DNA of 32,000 nucleotides from an uncultured archaeon (GTDB lineage: Archaea; Iainarchaeota; Iainarchaeia; Iainarchaeales; DATDZZ01), in NCBI GenBank assembly GCA_964373795.1, contig CAYJVY010000011.1, forward strand, positions 13,141-45,140, written 5' to 3'. The position numbers were made by a program, and so were the translations under genes. The notes below the pieces were generated by a model, which saw nothing but the letters and a program-made list of their open reading frames with translations, made no database searches and was not told where the DNA came from. This document shows, one piece after another, positions 6,396 to 14,925 of the stretch. The number at the start of each line of letters is the position of its first letter. Within the stretch, counting starts at the first letter, position 1.

Positions 6396-7106
6396 ATGGG
6401 TTTACGTCCAGGTCATTGTTATAGTAGAATGAAAAGAGCTTACACTAGAACAGCTGTAACTGTGCCTGACAGAAACTATATTGGAACAAATCCAAATGTT
6501 AGAACAAGACAATGGAATATGGGAAACGGATTAAAAGAATTCAATACAGTAGTAGAATTAATTGTCGAAGACACTATTCAAATAAGGGATAATGCTTTAG
6601 AAGCAACAAGAGTTTTAGTTACAAAATCTTTATCTGATGCATTAAAAAAAGAAGGATTTTTCTTAAAAATAAGGGTTTACCCTCACCAAGTGTTAAGAGA
6701 AAACAAGCAAGCCCAAGGAGCTGGAGCAGACAGAGTTACAACTGGAATGAGTCATGCTTTTGGAAAACCAACTGGAAGAGCTGCAAGAGTTAAAGCAGGA
6801 CAAGTATTAATGAGTTTACTTGTAAACGAACAATCAACTGAAATAGGAAAAGAATGCTTATTAAAATCAAAATCAAAACTTCCATGCAGAGTAACAACTA
6901 GAGTTCACAAAGATGTTCAATCAATTGGCACTAAACCAAAGAAAATTAAAATGCCTAAAGAAGAAAAGAAAGAAGAAACAACTGAAGCAGAAACAGGTGA
7001 AAAGAAAGAAGAAGGAAAAACTGAAACAAAAACAGAGAAAGCAAGCGATAAAAAAGAGGAAGCAAAAACAGAGAAAAAAGGAAAAGAAGAAGCAAAGAAA
7101 AAATAA
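6396..7106 (+). CDS. rpl10e: 50S ribosomal protein uL16 (L10e) with a roughly 60-aa K/E-rich C-terminal extension
   Basis: MGLRPGHCYSRMKRAYTRTA...RVYPHQVLRENKQAQGAGADRV..GMSHAFGKPTGRAARV matches archaeal L10e. The tail from about 6931 is lysine/glutamate/threonine low-complexity sequence. Confidence 0.9.
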   Translation: MGLRPGHCYSRMKRAYTRTAVTVPDRNYIGTNPNVRTRQWNMGNGLKEFNTVVELIVEDTIQIRDNALEATRVLVTKSLSDALKKEGFFLKIRVYPHQVLRENKQAQGAGADRVTTGMSHAFGKPTGRAARVKAGQVLMSLLVNEQSTEIGKECLLKSKSKLPCRVTTRVHKDVQSIGTKPKKIKMPKEEKKEETTEAETGEKKEEGKTETKTEKASDKKEEAKTEKKGKEEAKKK

Positions 7107-7182
7107 AAACTAATTCTAGGAAAAAAAAGGTTTTCAAGGTAACCAAAAGAATTTAATAGTAAAAAGTCTTTCTTTTAACTAA

Positions 7183-10100
7183 ATGAAATCAATTGCTTGG
7201 TTTAAAGAAATCAAAAAAGAAGACGTAGGAATAGTTGGAGGAAAAGGAGCTAATTTAGGGGAAATGGTTAACGCAGATTTTCCAGTTCCTCTAGGATTTT
7301 GCATTACTGCTCAAGCATACTTTAAATGGCTTGAAGACACTGGATTAAAAAAAATAATAATTAAAAAAATTAATTCAATTGACGTTGAAAACACTGAACA
7401 ATTAGAGCAAACAACTAAAGAAGTAAGAGAACTAATTATTAAAAAAGATTTAAGTCTAGACTTAAAATCAGAAATACTTAAAGCCTATCACACTTTAAGC
7501 GAGAAAAAGATTGGATGGATTGGATTAACTGAATATGTTTACGTAGCTGTTCGTTCAAGTGCAACAGCAGAGGATTTACCAAGCATTGTTGAAGACTCAC
7601 ATGTATTAGTAAAAATTAATGGCAAAACAATTTATGACTCAATAAAAAATATTTACAACCTTTATGGAGATTGCACAAATAATGAAGTAGAAGTTATTGC
7701 TCTTGAAAACAATGAAGCTAAATGGATAAAAGCTCAACAAATATATTGTCATCCAGCAAAAGAAAAAAAATTATATAAAATAGTAACAGAAACAGGAAGA
7801 GAAATAACAATCACAAAAAACCACACATTAATAGTCTTAGATGAAGATACTTTGAATCCTAAAACAATTTCTATTGATGAACTCAAAAACGGCCAAAAAG
7901 TTCCAGTAACAAAATCAATTCCATTTATTGATTCTAATTTGAAATTCATAGATGTATTGGAATACATTCAAGATAATGACATATTTTTAGAAGAAGATTT
8001 AGTTTACATTAAAAATAATTCCTCCAATTGGACAATTCAAAACCCGTTAAAAAGACATATTTCAATAAACAAAAACCTTGCTTATTTTTTAGGACTGTAT
8101 TGCGCAGAAGGAAGCACATATCTTGAAAACGGAGTAATAATAACAAACTCAGATAAAAATGTAATAGAAAAAACAAAAACGTTTTTAAGAGAACTTGAAT
8201 TATACAACAATCAAAAAATAAACAAGCATTCCATTAGAGTTTATTGTAAAACATTAGTAAGACTTTTGCACGTCATTATAGGCAAACCTTTGAATATTAA
8301 AGGAAAAGGAAAATCAGCACAAATAAAAAAGGTTCCAAACTTTATTTTTGATTGCTCAAAAGAAATTATTGGAACTTTTTTAAGCGGTTGTTTCGATGGA
8401 GATGGATATATTGGTAGAGAAGCTATAGAATACACATCAATATCTGAAATGTTAATTGGAGGAATTGTAAAGCTTTTAGAATTACTAAATATAAATTTTT
8501 ATATTCGAAAGAAAAAAAATACTTTCACCATATATATTCCTGCTTCACAAGCAGAACAATTCAAAAACATGATTAATTTAAATCATTCTGAAAAATCAAA
8601 AAAATTGGATAATTTGATTACAAGGTATAATAAAAGAGAAAAACATGCAGAATTCAAAAACCCGTTCATTGTTTCCCCAACCTTGTCAAAAAACCTAAGA
8701 AACGCCTTTAATGAAACACTAGAAAAAAGACTTGGAGAAATTGCAAAATGCATTCAATGCAAAAACTCTGTAGAAAAAACAAGTTACTATAAAAATAGAT
8801 TAAGATATTATTGCAAACACTGTAAAAAAACATTTTATGAAAAAGAAATCATAAAAGAAGAAATTGATAAATATGTTTACTATGATGAAAAAGGCAGATT
8901 CAAAAAATATTTTACTCCGTGGAATAAAGCACTAATTAGGGGAAGATTGTCTAGTACAAGGTTTGAAAAATTTATTAAAAAAAATAATTTGAAAGATTAT
9001 GTGCAATTTTTTAATAATAGTGTTTTGTGGGACCAGGTAAAAGAAATTCAGGAAATTGATTACAATGGAATGGTTTATGATTTTACTGTGCCAAAAATAG
9101 AAAACTTTGCGGCTGGATTAGGAGGGATCATTACTCATAACTCAGCCTCTTTTGCAGGGCAGCAAGACACTTACTTGAATATAATTGGCGATCAAAAATT
9201 ATTAGATGCAGTAAAAAGATGCTGGGCTTCATTGTTTAATGCAAGAGCAACTTATTATAGAAAAAAACAAGGATTTAGAACAGAAAAAGTAGGAATATCA
9301 GTGGTAGTGCAAAAAATGGTTAACTCTGAAGTAGCAGGAGTAATGTTTACTTCCACTCCAACAGGAGATGAAACAAAAATAGTGATTGAAGCAGCATATG
9401 GATTAGGAGAGGTAGTTGTATCAGGAAGCGTTACTCCAGATACATACATTCTAGATAAAGAATCGCTACAAATTTTAAGCAAAAAAACTTCAACTCAAAC
9501 TTGGATGACAATAAGAAAATCTGGGGCAAGCCAAAAAGAAGATGTAAACGAAAAAATGCAAGAAAAACAAAAACTTGAAGACAAGCATATAATTGAGTTA
9601 GCTAGAATTGGAAAACGAATTGAAGCTCATTATGGGCATGCACAAGACATTGAATGGGCTTTAGAAAATGACAGGCTTTATATTGTGCAATCAAGAGCAA
9701 TTACAACTTTAGGATTAGGAAAAAAAGCTTTAGAAAAAGAAACTCAAAAAATTGAAACAACTGCAAAACCTTTAATTATTGGATTAGCTGCTTCTCCTGG
9801 AATTATTTCAGGAAAAGTAATAATTGTTCCAACAGTTGAAGATATTCAGAAAGTAAAAACAGGAGACATTATTGTAACAATAATGACTGATCCAGACTGG
9901 GTTCCAATAATGAGAAAAGCTTCAGGAATAATTACAAACGAAGGAGGATCAACTTGTCATGCAGCAATTGTTTCAAGAGAATTAGGAATTCCATGCGTTG
10001 TTGGAACAGGAAATGCAACAGATATTTTAAGAGACAACGAAGAAATAACTTTAGATGGATTTACTGGAAGAATTTTTGAAGGAAAAATCGCAATATCCAA

Positions 10101-11247
10101 GCCAAAAGAAGAATTAGAAAAAAAAGAATTAATTCAAGAAAAAGAAATAAAAAAAATTGAAACAGCTTTGGAAAAACTTGATTTAAAAGAAATTGAAAAA
10201 GAAGAAAAAGAATCAAGGAAAGCATTAGATGGAAGATTAGAGGAATTAAAAAAAGAAATAAAAGAACACGAAGAAGAATTACTGAAACTAAAAGAAATTG
10301 AAAAAGAATCAAAAGAAAAAGCTAAAGAAGGATTAACTGAATTGCTTGCAAAAAGAGCAATTAAAGTTAAAGTAAATGTTGCCTTGCCTGATGCAGCAGA
10401 AAAAGCAGCTAAAACAAATGCAGACGGAGTAGGCTTATTGAGAGCGGAACACATGATTACTGCTTCAGGAATTCATCCAGCAAACTTTATTAGAGAAGGA
10501 AAAAAACAAGAATTAGTGAAAACAGTTAAAGAAGGAATTAAAAAAGTAGCAGAATTATTTAAAGAAAAACCAGTATGGTATAGAACATTTGATGCTAGAA
10601 CAGATGAATTCAGGCACTTAAAAGGAGGAGAAAAAGAACCAAAAGAAGCCAATCCAATGCTTGGATGGCATGGAATTAGAAGAGCTTTAGATGAACCAGA
10701 AATAATTAAAGCAGAGTTCACTGCAATAAAAGAATTAGTAAAAGAAGGATTCAATAATATCGGAGTAATGCTTCCATTTGTTGAAGCAGTTGAAGAAGTA
10801 AAAAAAGCAAAAGAAATAGCTAAAAGCATTGGCTTACAACCATTAAAAGACGTTGAATTCGGAGTAATGATTGAAACCCCTGGAGCAGTATGGATTATTG
10901 ATGAATTAATTGAAGAAGGAATAAGCTTTATTTCATTTGGAACAAACGATTTAACTCAGCTTACTCTTGGATTGGATAGAAATAATGAAAGAATTCAAAA
11001 ATGGTTTAATTCAAAGCATCCAGCAATTCTAAGGCAATGCGAATACGTAATAAAAAAATGCCTTAAAGCAGGGGTAAAAACATCTATTTGCGGACAAGCA
11101 GGATCAGATCCTGAAATGGTGAAAAAATTAATTGAATACGGAATTACAAGTGTTTCCGCAAACATTGATGCAGTGGAAAAAATTAAAGAACTAGTTCTAG
11201 AAGAAGAAAAAAAGAAAATCTTAAACAAAATCGATAAAGAAAACTAG
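7183..11247 (+). CDS. ppsA: Phosphoenolpyruvate synthase (pyruvate, water dikinase), intein-containing
   Basis: N-terminal ATP-grasp region (GGKGANLGEM, VAVRSSATAEDLP / SASFAGQQDTYLN), phosphohistidine domain (GGSTCHAAIVSRELGIPCVVG) and C-terminal PEP-utilising barrel (GLLRAEHMI, IETPGA, FGTNDLTQ). It is interrupted by an intein at 7582-9141. Confidence 0.9.
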   Translation: MKSIAWFKEIKKEDVGIVGGKGANLGEMVNADFPVPLGFCITAQAYFKWLEDTGLKKIIIKKINSIDVENTEQLEQTTKEVRELIIKKDLSLDLKSEILKAYHTLSEKKIGWIGLTEYVYVAVRSSATAEDLPSIVEDSHVLVKINGKTIYDSIKNIYNLYGDCTNNEVEVIALENNEAKWIKAQQIYCHPAKEKKLYKIVTETGREITITKNHTLIVLDEDTLNPKTISIDELKNGQKVPVTKSIPFIDSNLKFIDVLEYIQDNDIFLEEDLVYIKNNSSNWTIQNPLKRHISINKNLAYFLGLYCAEGSTYLENGVIITNSDKNVIEKTKTFLRELELYNNQKINKHSIRVYCKTLVRLLHVIIGKPLNIKGKGKSAQIKKVPNFIFDCSKEIIGTFLSGCFDGDGYIGREAIEYTSISEMLIGGIVKLLELLNINFYIRKKKNTFTIYIPASQAEQFKNMINLNHSEKSKKLDNLITRYNKREKHAEFKNPFIVSPTLSKNLRNAFNETLEKRLGEIAKCIQCKNSVEKTSYYKNRLRYYCKHCKKTFYEKEIIKEEIDKYVYYDEKGRFKKYFTPWNKALIRGRLSSTRFEKFIKKNNLKDYVQFFNNSVLWDQVKEIQEIDYNGMVYDFTVPKIENFAAGLGGIITHNSASFAGQQDTYLNIIGDQKLLDAVKRCWASLFNARATYYRKKQGFRTEKVGISVVVQKMVNSEVAGVMFTSTPTGDETKIVIEAAYGLGEVVVSGSVTPDTYILDKESLQILSKKTSTQTWMTIRKSGASQKEDVNEKMQEKQKLEDKHIIELARIGKRIEAHYGHAQDIEWALENDRLYIVQSRAITTLGLGKKALEKETQKIETTAKPLIIGLAASPGIISGKVIIVPTVEDIQKVKTGDIIVTIMTDPDWVPIMRKASGIITNEGGSTCHAAIVSRELGIPCVVGTGNATDILRDNEEITLDGFTGRIFEGKIAISKPKEELEKKELIQEKEIKKIETALEKLDLKEIEKEEKESRKALDGRLEELKKEIKEHEEELLKLKEIEKESKEKAKEGLTELLAKRAIKVKVNVALPDAAEKAAKTNADGVGLLRAEHMITASGIHPANFIREGKKQELVKTVKEGIKKVAELFKEKPVWYRTFDARTDEFRHLKGGEKEPKEANPMLGWHGIRRALDEPEIIKAEFTAIKELVKEGFNNIGVMLPFVEAVEEVKKAKEIAKSIGLQPLKDVEFGVMIETPGAVWIIDELIEEGISFISFGTNDLTQLTLGLDRNNERIQKWFNSKHPAILRQCEYVIKKCLKAGVKTSICGQAGSDPEMVKKLIEYGITSVSANIDAVEKIKELVLEEEKKKILNKIDKEN
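7582..9141 (+). mobile_element. Intein (520 aa) with LAGLIDADG homing endonuclease in ppsA
   Basis: Begins SIVEDSHVLV (block A with Ser-1), block B ITKNHTLIV, LAGLIDADG motifs LAYFLGLYCAEGS and FLSGCFDGDGYI, and ends GGIITHN followed by Ser+1. Removing it restores the conserved AEDLP-SASFAGQQ. Confidence 0.85.
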
Positions 11248-11290
11248 GAAAGATTTTTATTAAAGTAAAGCATTATTTTTTGAGATTGAA

Positions 11291-12046
11291 ATGAGTTTTT
11301 CAAAAATATTAATTGCATTGATTTTAATTTCATTAACCGTAAGTGTAGCCGCGCATACAGAAACTAAAGAGCCTGCAGCAGGAGAAATAACTGAATTTCT
11401 TCCATTAGATCCATTTCAAGGAATAATTATTGCTTCAATAATTATTTTACTAATTTTAATTATTTCTTTTGCTTTACAGAATTCTTTAAGCAATCAGGTA
11501 AAAAAAATACTTTTTGTAATCATTGTAATAGCAACTGTTTTGCCAACACTTTATTTAGCCGGAAGCACTGTTTACCTAAATCTAATATCTGAATCTGAAG
11601 GGCCAATTCATTGGCATGCAGATTTCGAAATAGAGATTTGCGGAGAAAAAATTAACAAAGAATTAATTGAATCAGAAGGCTTGTCAAATAAAGTTGGAAA
11701 CTCTGTATTTCATCATCATAATGATTACAGAATTCATGTTGAAGGAGTTTTAATAAAAAAATCCCAAGCATCTCTTGGAAATTTTTTCAAAGTAATTGGA
11801 GGAGAATTTGAAAAAAGCCATTTAAGGATTCCATTAAAAAATGGAAAATTTAAAGAAGTTCGATTAGGAGATAAATGCCCTAACGGAAAACCTGGAAAAC
11901 TAAAATTATTAGTATTAAATCGTGAAACAGAAAAATTTGAAGAAAATCCTTTATTAGATGAATATGTGTTAAAGCCTTTTGAATTAATTCCTCCAGGAGA
12001 TGAATTAAAAATTGTGTTTGACTCTGAAAATGGAAGTGAAAAATAA
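11291..12046 (+). CDS. Membrane-anchored/secreted protein with a His-rich motif (HWH...HHHND..H.E)
   Basis: Signal-like N-terminus and 2 TM segments, then IHWHADFEIEICGEKI...VFHHHNDYRIHVEG...LGNFFKVIGGEF. This pattern recalls conserved proteins encoded next to thiol-disulfide membrane proteins. The stop overlaps the next gene (ATAATG). Confidence 0.55.
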   Translation: MSFSKILIALILISLTVSVAAHTETKEPAAGEITEFLPLDPFQGIIIASIIILLILIISFALQNSLSNQVKKILFVIIVIATVLPTLYLAGSTVYLNLISESEGPIHWHADFEIEICGEKINKELIESEGLSNKVGNSVFHHHNDYRIHVEGVLIKKSQASLGNFFKVIGGEFEKSHLRIPLKNGKFKEVRLGDKCPNGKPGKLKLLVLNRETEKFEENPLLDEYVLKPFELIPPGDELKIVFDSENGSEK

Positions 12047-12756
12047 TGGCAGTAGAAGCATCTATTCCTGCATTAAGCACTGTAATAATTACTGCATTAA
12101 TTGATTCAGTTAATCCTTGTGCAATAGGAGTATTAATTTTACTTATTTCAACAGTTATTGCTACTTCTCAAACAAAAAAAAGAATGCTTTCACTTGGATT
12201 TGCATACATTGCAGCAGTATTCATTACTTATTTTTTAGCAGGAATTGGATTGCTATTCGTTTTTGCCTACATTCCTCAAACAATTGCAGAATACATTTCA
12301 ATTATTGTGGGAACATTAATTGTTTTCGCAGGCTTAATTGAATTAAAAGATTTTTACTGGTATGGACAAGGATTTTCGTTATCAATTCCTCCTGAAATGA
12401 GTAAAAAAATTTCAAATTATACAAAAAATTTAAGCATTCCAGGAATAATGTTTTTAGGAGCATTTGTTTCAGCAGTTGAATTGCCTTGCACTGGAGCTCC
12501 ATATCTAGCAATTTTATTAGTATTAAAACAAAGCTTTGATTTAACTGCTTTAGGATTACTAATCTTATATAATTTTATTTTTGTTTTACCATTAATAGTA
12601 ATACTTTTATTAGCAGCTTTAGGAATAAAGATAACAGAAATAAAGGCTTGGAAACATAGAAACAGGCCTTACATGAGATTATTTAGTGGAATGCTTTTAA
12701 TTGCATTAGGATGGCTATTAATTTTAATTGCAAACGGAACAATTAATTTCGGGTGA
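12046..12756 (+). CDS. CcdA/DsbD-family transmembrane thiol:disulfide electron transporter
   Basis: Six predicted TM segments, with the two signature cysteines in IDSVNPCAIGVL and VELPCTGAPYLA. Confidence 0.75.
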   Translation: MAVEASIPALSTVIITALIDSVNPCAIGVLILLISTVIATSQTKKRMLSLGFAYIAAVFITYFLAGIGLLFVFAYIPQTIAEYISIIVGTLIVFAGLIELKDFYWYGQGFSLSIPPEMSKKISNYTKNLSIPGIMFLGAFVSAVELPCTGAPYLAILLVLKQSFDLTALGLLILYNFIFVLPLIVILLLAALGIKITEIKAWKHRNRPYMRLFSGMLLIALGWLLILIANGTINFG

Positions 12757-12761
12757 AAAAA

Positions 12762-13034
12762 ATGAATTCAATAATTGTGAAAAGAAGAGGACATGAAGAA
12801 AAATTTGATGCAAAAAAATTATATGGAAGCGTTTACTGGGCATGTAAAAGCAGTCACTTACAAGAACAATTTTGTGAACAAACATCTGAAAAAGTTTTAA
12901 AAGCAGTAAAACAATGGTTAAAGAAAAGAAAAAAAGTTGACTCAAACCAAATCTTTAAATGCATTGTAAAAGAATTAAAAAAACACGATAAAGATGCTTC
13001 ATTCATGTATGAAACGCATAGAGATTTAAGTTAA
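12762..13034 (+). CDS. Stand-alone ATP-cone domain protein
   Basis: IVKRRGHEEKFDAKKLYGSVYWAC...SNQIFKCIVKELKKHDKDASFMYETHRD follows the ATP-cone consensus. The ATG at 12762 is preceded by GGTGA (12752-12756), so the listed GTG at 12753 is probably not the start. Confidence 0.65.
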   Translation: MNSIIVKRRGHEEKFDAKKLYGSVYWACKSSHLQEQFCEQTSEKVLKAVKQWLKKRKKVDSNQIFKCIVKELKKHDKDASFMYETHRDLS

Positions 13035-13117
13035 CATGCATTAAAATAAATTAGTTTGAAAAAGAAATATATTATTAATTGTTGCATTAACTAATTTTTT
13101 TAAGAGTTAAAAGAATT

Positions 13118-13232
13118 GGGCCTGTAGCTCAGTTGGTAGAGCACATGACAAATTAAATCATTCAATAATTAATGATTGGTTTGGGTGAAGCTCTTAACCA
13201 TGGGGTCAGGGGTTCGAATCCCCTCAGGCTCG
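13118..13232 (+). tRNA. tRNA-Lys (CUU) with a 42-nt intron
   Basis: Acceptor GGGCCTG/CAGGCTC, D-arm GCTC-AGTTGGTA-GAGC, T-arm AGGGG-TTCGAAT-CCCCT. Joining 13147 to 13190 gives anticodon stem CATGG/CCATG and loop CTCTTAA (U33, anticodon CTT, A37). Confidence 0.85.
13148..13189 (+). other. tRNA intron at the non-canonical position 30/31
   Basis: The intron ACAAATTAAATCATTCAATAATTAATGATTGGTTTGGGTGAA has an internal hairpin AATCATT/AATGATT. Its boundaries are inferred only from restoring the anticodon arm. Confidence 0.6.
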
Positions 13233-13243
13233 TTTCATTAACT

Positions 13244-14827
13244 CTACCCTGATTCAATAGAGAAAAGAATTGGTGGATCAATTTTTACTTCAGTTCTTGT
13301 TTTAGGGTCTTCAAAGGATACTTCAATCAAGCATTCAATTTTTTGGCTTGGCTCTGCTGCATCAGGAAAAGAAAAAGTCATTGGAACAGAAAACTTGCTA
13401 TTACTTGAACCCTTTCTCTTTAAATCAATTGGAAAAATGTTTGCAGTTTTTTGAGGAATATTAATAATTGAAGTACTCTCACAGCTATCTAATCCAAAAT
13501 CGTTAAGACTTCCTTGTTTTACTTGAAGGTCTACTTTTGAAACATCTAAATCTCCTTTGTTTTCCAAGTCAAGAGAAACTTGTTTTTTTTCAGGGTTTCC
13601 ACTTGAATCTCTTCTAAGCTTATAATTATTTTCCAAAGGCCTTAACAAAGCAGAAACCAGAATTTCAGCTTCTTTTAATTTTACTTCAAGTAAAAGTTTA
13701 TGCAAAACAGATTGATCTTTTTTCACAACAAGATATCCAGTTCCAAGAACTTGCCTTGCAGTTGCAGGAGGGGAAAACTTTAACAAGCCAATAAATTCAT
13801 TATTTTGCTTGTCAGCAGAAATATCAATAAAGCAATTCTTAATATTTTCACAACCAGTTAAAGAAAACCAATTCAAAAAATCGTCTTTACTGTTTTCACC
13901 TACATCAGCTAATTCAATGCTTATTTGAATTTTTTCAATTTTAATTGAACCCTTATTAGTTATCTTAATATCCTTAGTTAAATCTGCTCCAGCTTTTGCA
14001 TCCATGGAAAGAGTTCCAGTAGGATTAATACTTGTCTCAGGCTTTGGAAAAACTCTAAAAGAAAACTCTTTATTAGTTTTATCGCTTTTCAACAAACCTT
14101 TAATTAAAAACTGGCCTTTTAATTCATCGCCTTTAGATTTATCTTTAACTCTATAACTGTCTTTAACTTTTACTCTAAGCTTTAATTCATCTTCTCCATT
14201 AGGAGATAAAGGAAAAGTACTTGGAACAAATTCCGTTGACTCAAAAACGTCTTTAAACTCTTTTCCATCTAAATCAAAACTTAATTCAACTAATTTTTTT
14301 TGATCTTTATTCTTAATCCTAGTTAAAGCAAATTCTTTTTCCTCTCCAATAGATAAATCAGGAAAAGAAAAATCCAATAAATCTAAATCAAAATCTTTAG
14401 ACAAAGTAATATTAGAAGGGGAAACTCCTCCACGAGTTACAGTAATTTCTTGAGACAAAGCCTTGTGTTTTGGAATGGGATTAAACTCAATTGAATAAGT
14501 TCCCTCTCTAAGCTTTCCAGAAATTATTCCAGAACTAAACTCTAAAACCTTGCTTCCTTTAGAATCTAAAACACTTCCAGAAGCAGCTGAAATAACTTTG
14601 CTTTCAGTATCCTTAATTGAAACATTTACTTCAACAATGCCTCCAATAAAAAAATCGTAAACAAAAAACACCACTATTAAGAAAACAAGTAATGCAAGAA
14701 TTTTCTTCCAATGAGGAAGAATAGGGGAAAGCATTTCCTTCACTGAATCCAAAGGCCCTCCAGATGATTGTCCGCCAAACCCTCTAGGTTCAAATCCGCC
14801 TCCAGAAAACTCGTCAAAATTAGCCAT
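13244..14827 (-). CDS. Hypothetical membrane-anchored protein with a large extracytoplasmic beta-rich region
   Basis: 527-aa ORF with a Gly-rich N-terminus (FSGGGFEPRGFGGQSSGG), one TM segment (ILALLVFLIVVFFVYDFFIGG), then repetitive beta-strand-like sequence. No recognisable catalytic motif. Confidence 0.6.
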   Translation of the reverse strand: MANFDEFSGGGFEPRGFGGQSSGGPLDSVKEMLSPILPHWKKILALLVFLIVVFFVYDFFIGGIVEVNVSIKDTESKVISAASGSVLDSKGSKVLEFSSGIISGKLREGTYSIEFNPIPKHKALSQEITVTRGGVSPSNITLSKDFDLDLLDFSFPDLSIGEEKEFALTRIKNKDQKKLVELSFDLDGKEFKDVFESTEFVPSTFPLSPNGEDELKLRVKVKDSYRVKDKSKGDELKGQFLIKGLLKSDKTNKEFSFRVFPKPETSINPTGTLSMDAKAGADLTKDIKITNKGSIKIEKIQISIELADVGENSKDDFLNWFSLTGCENIKNCFIDISADKQNNEFIGLLKFSPPATARQVLGTGYLVVKKDQSVLHKLLLEVKLKEAEILVSALLRPLENNYKLRRDSSGNPEKKQVSLDLENKGDLDVSKVDLQVKQGSLNDFGLDSCESTSIINIPQKTANIFPIDLKRKGSSNSKFSVPMTFSFPDAAEPSQKIECLIEVSFEDPKTRTEVKIDPPILFSIESG

Positions 14828-14925
14828 TCAAAGCCTCAATAAATTTAATCAAATGATTTATATAATAAAAAACAAATATTTAATTCTTTTTACATTAAAT
14901 ACCTATAATAATTAAAGGAATTTAA

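Noticed and set aside
6913-7146. ORFs 6913..7113 (+) and 6955..7146 (-) with K-rich or L/F-rich translations
   Set aside because: They are alternative-frame and antisense readings of the purine-rich low-complexity DNA that encodes the uL16 tail.
10061-10829. Minus-strand ORFs (83, 106 and 118 aa) inside ppsA
   Set aside because: They are antisense to a confidently identified gene, have S/F/L-rich low complexity, and arise from the GAA/AAA-rich coiled-coil region.
13118-13232. Canonical 37/38 intron reading of the tRNA (anticodon AAU)
   Set aside because: It would give an A31-C39 mismatch, A at position 33 and U at position 37. The 30/31 solution gives a perfect stem, U33, purine 37 and anticodon CUU.
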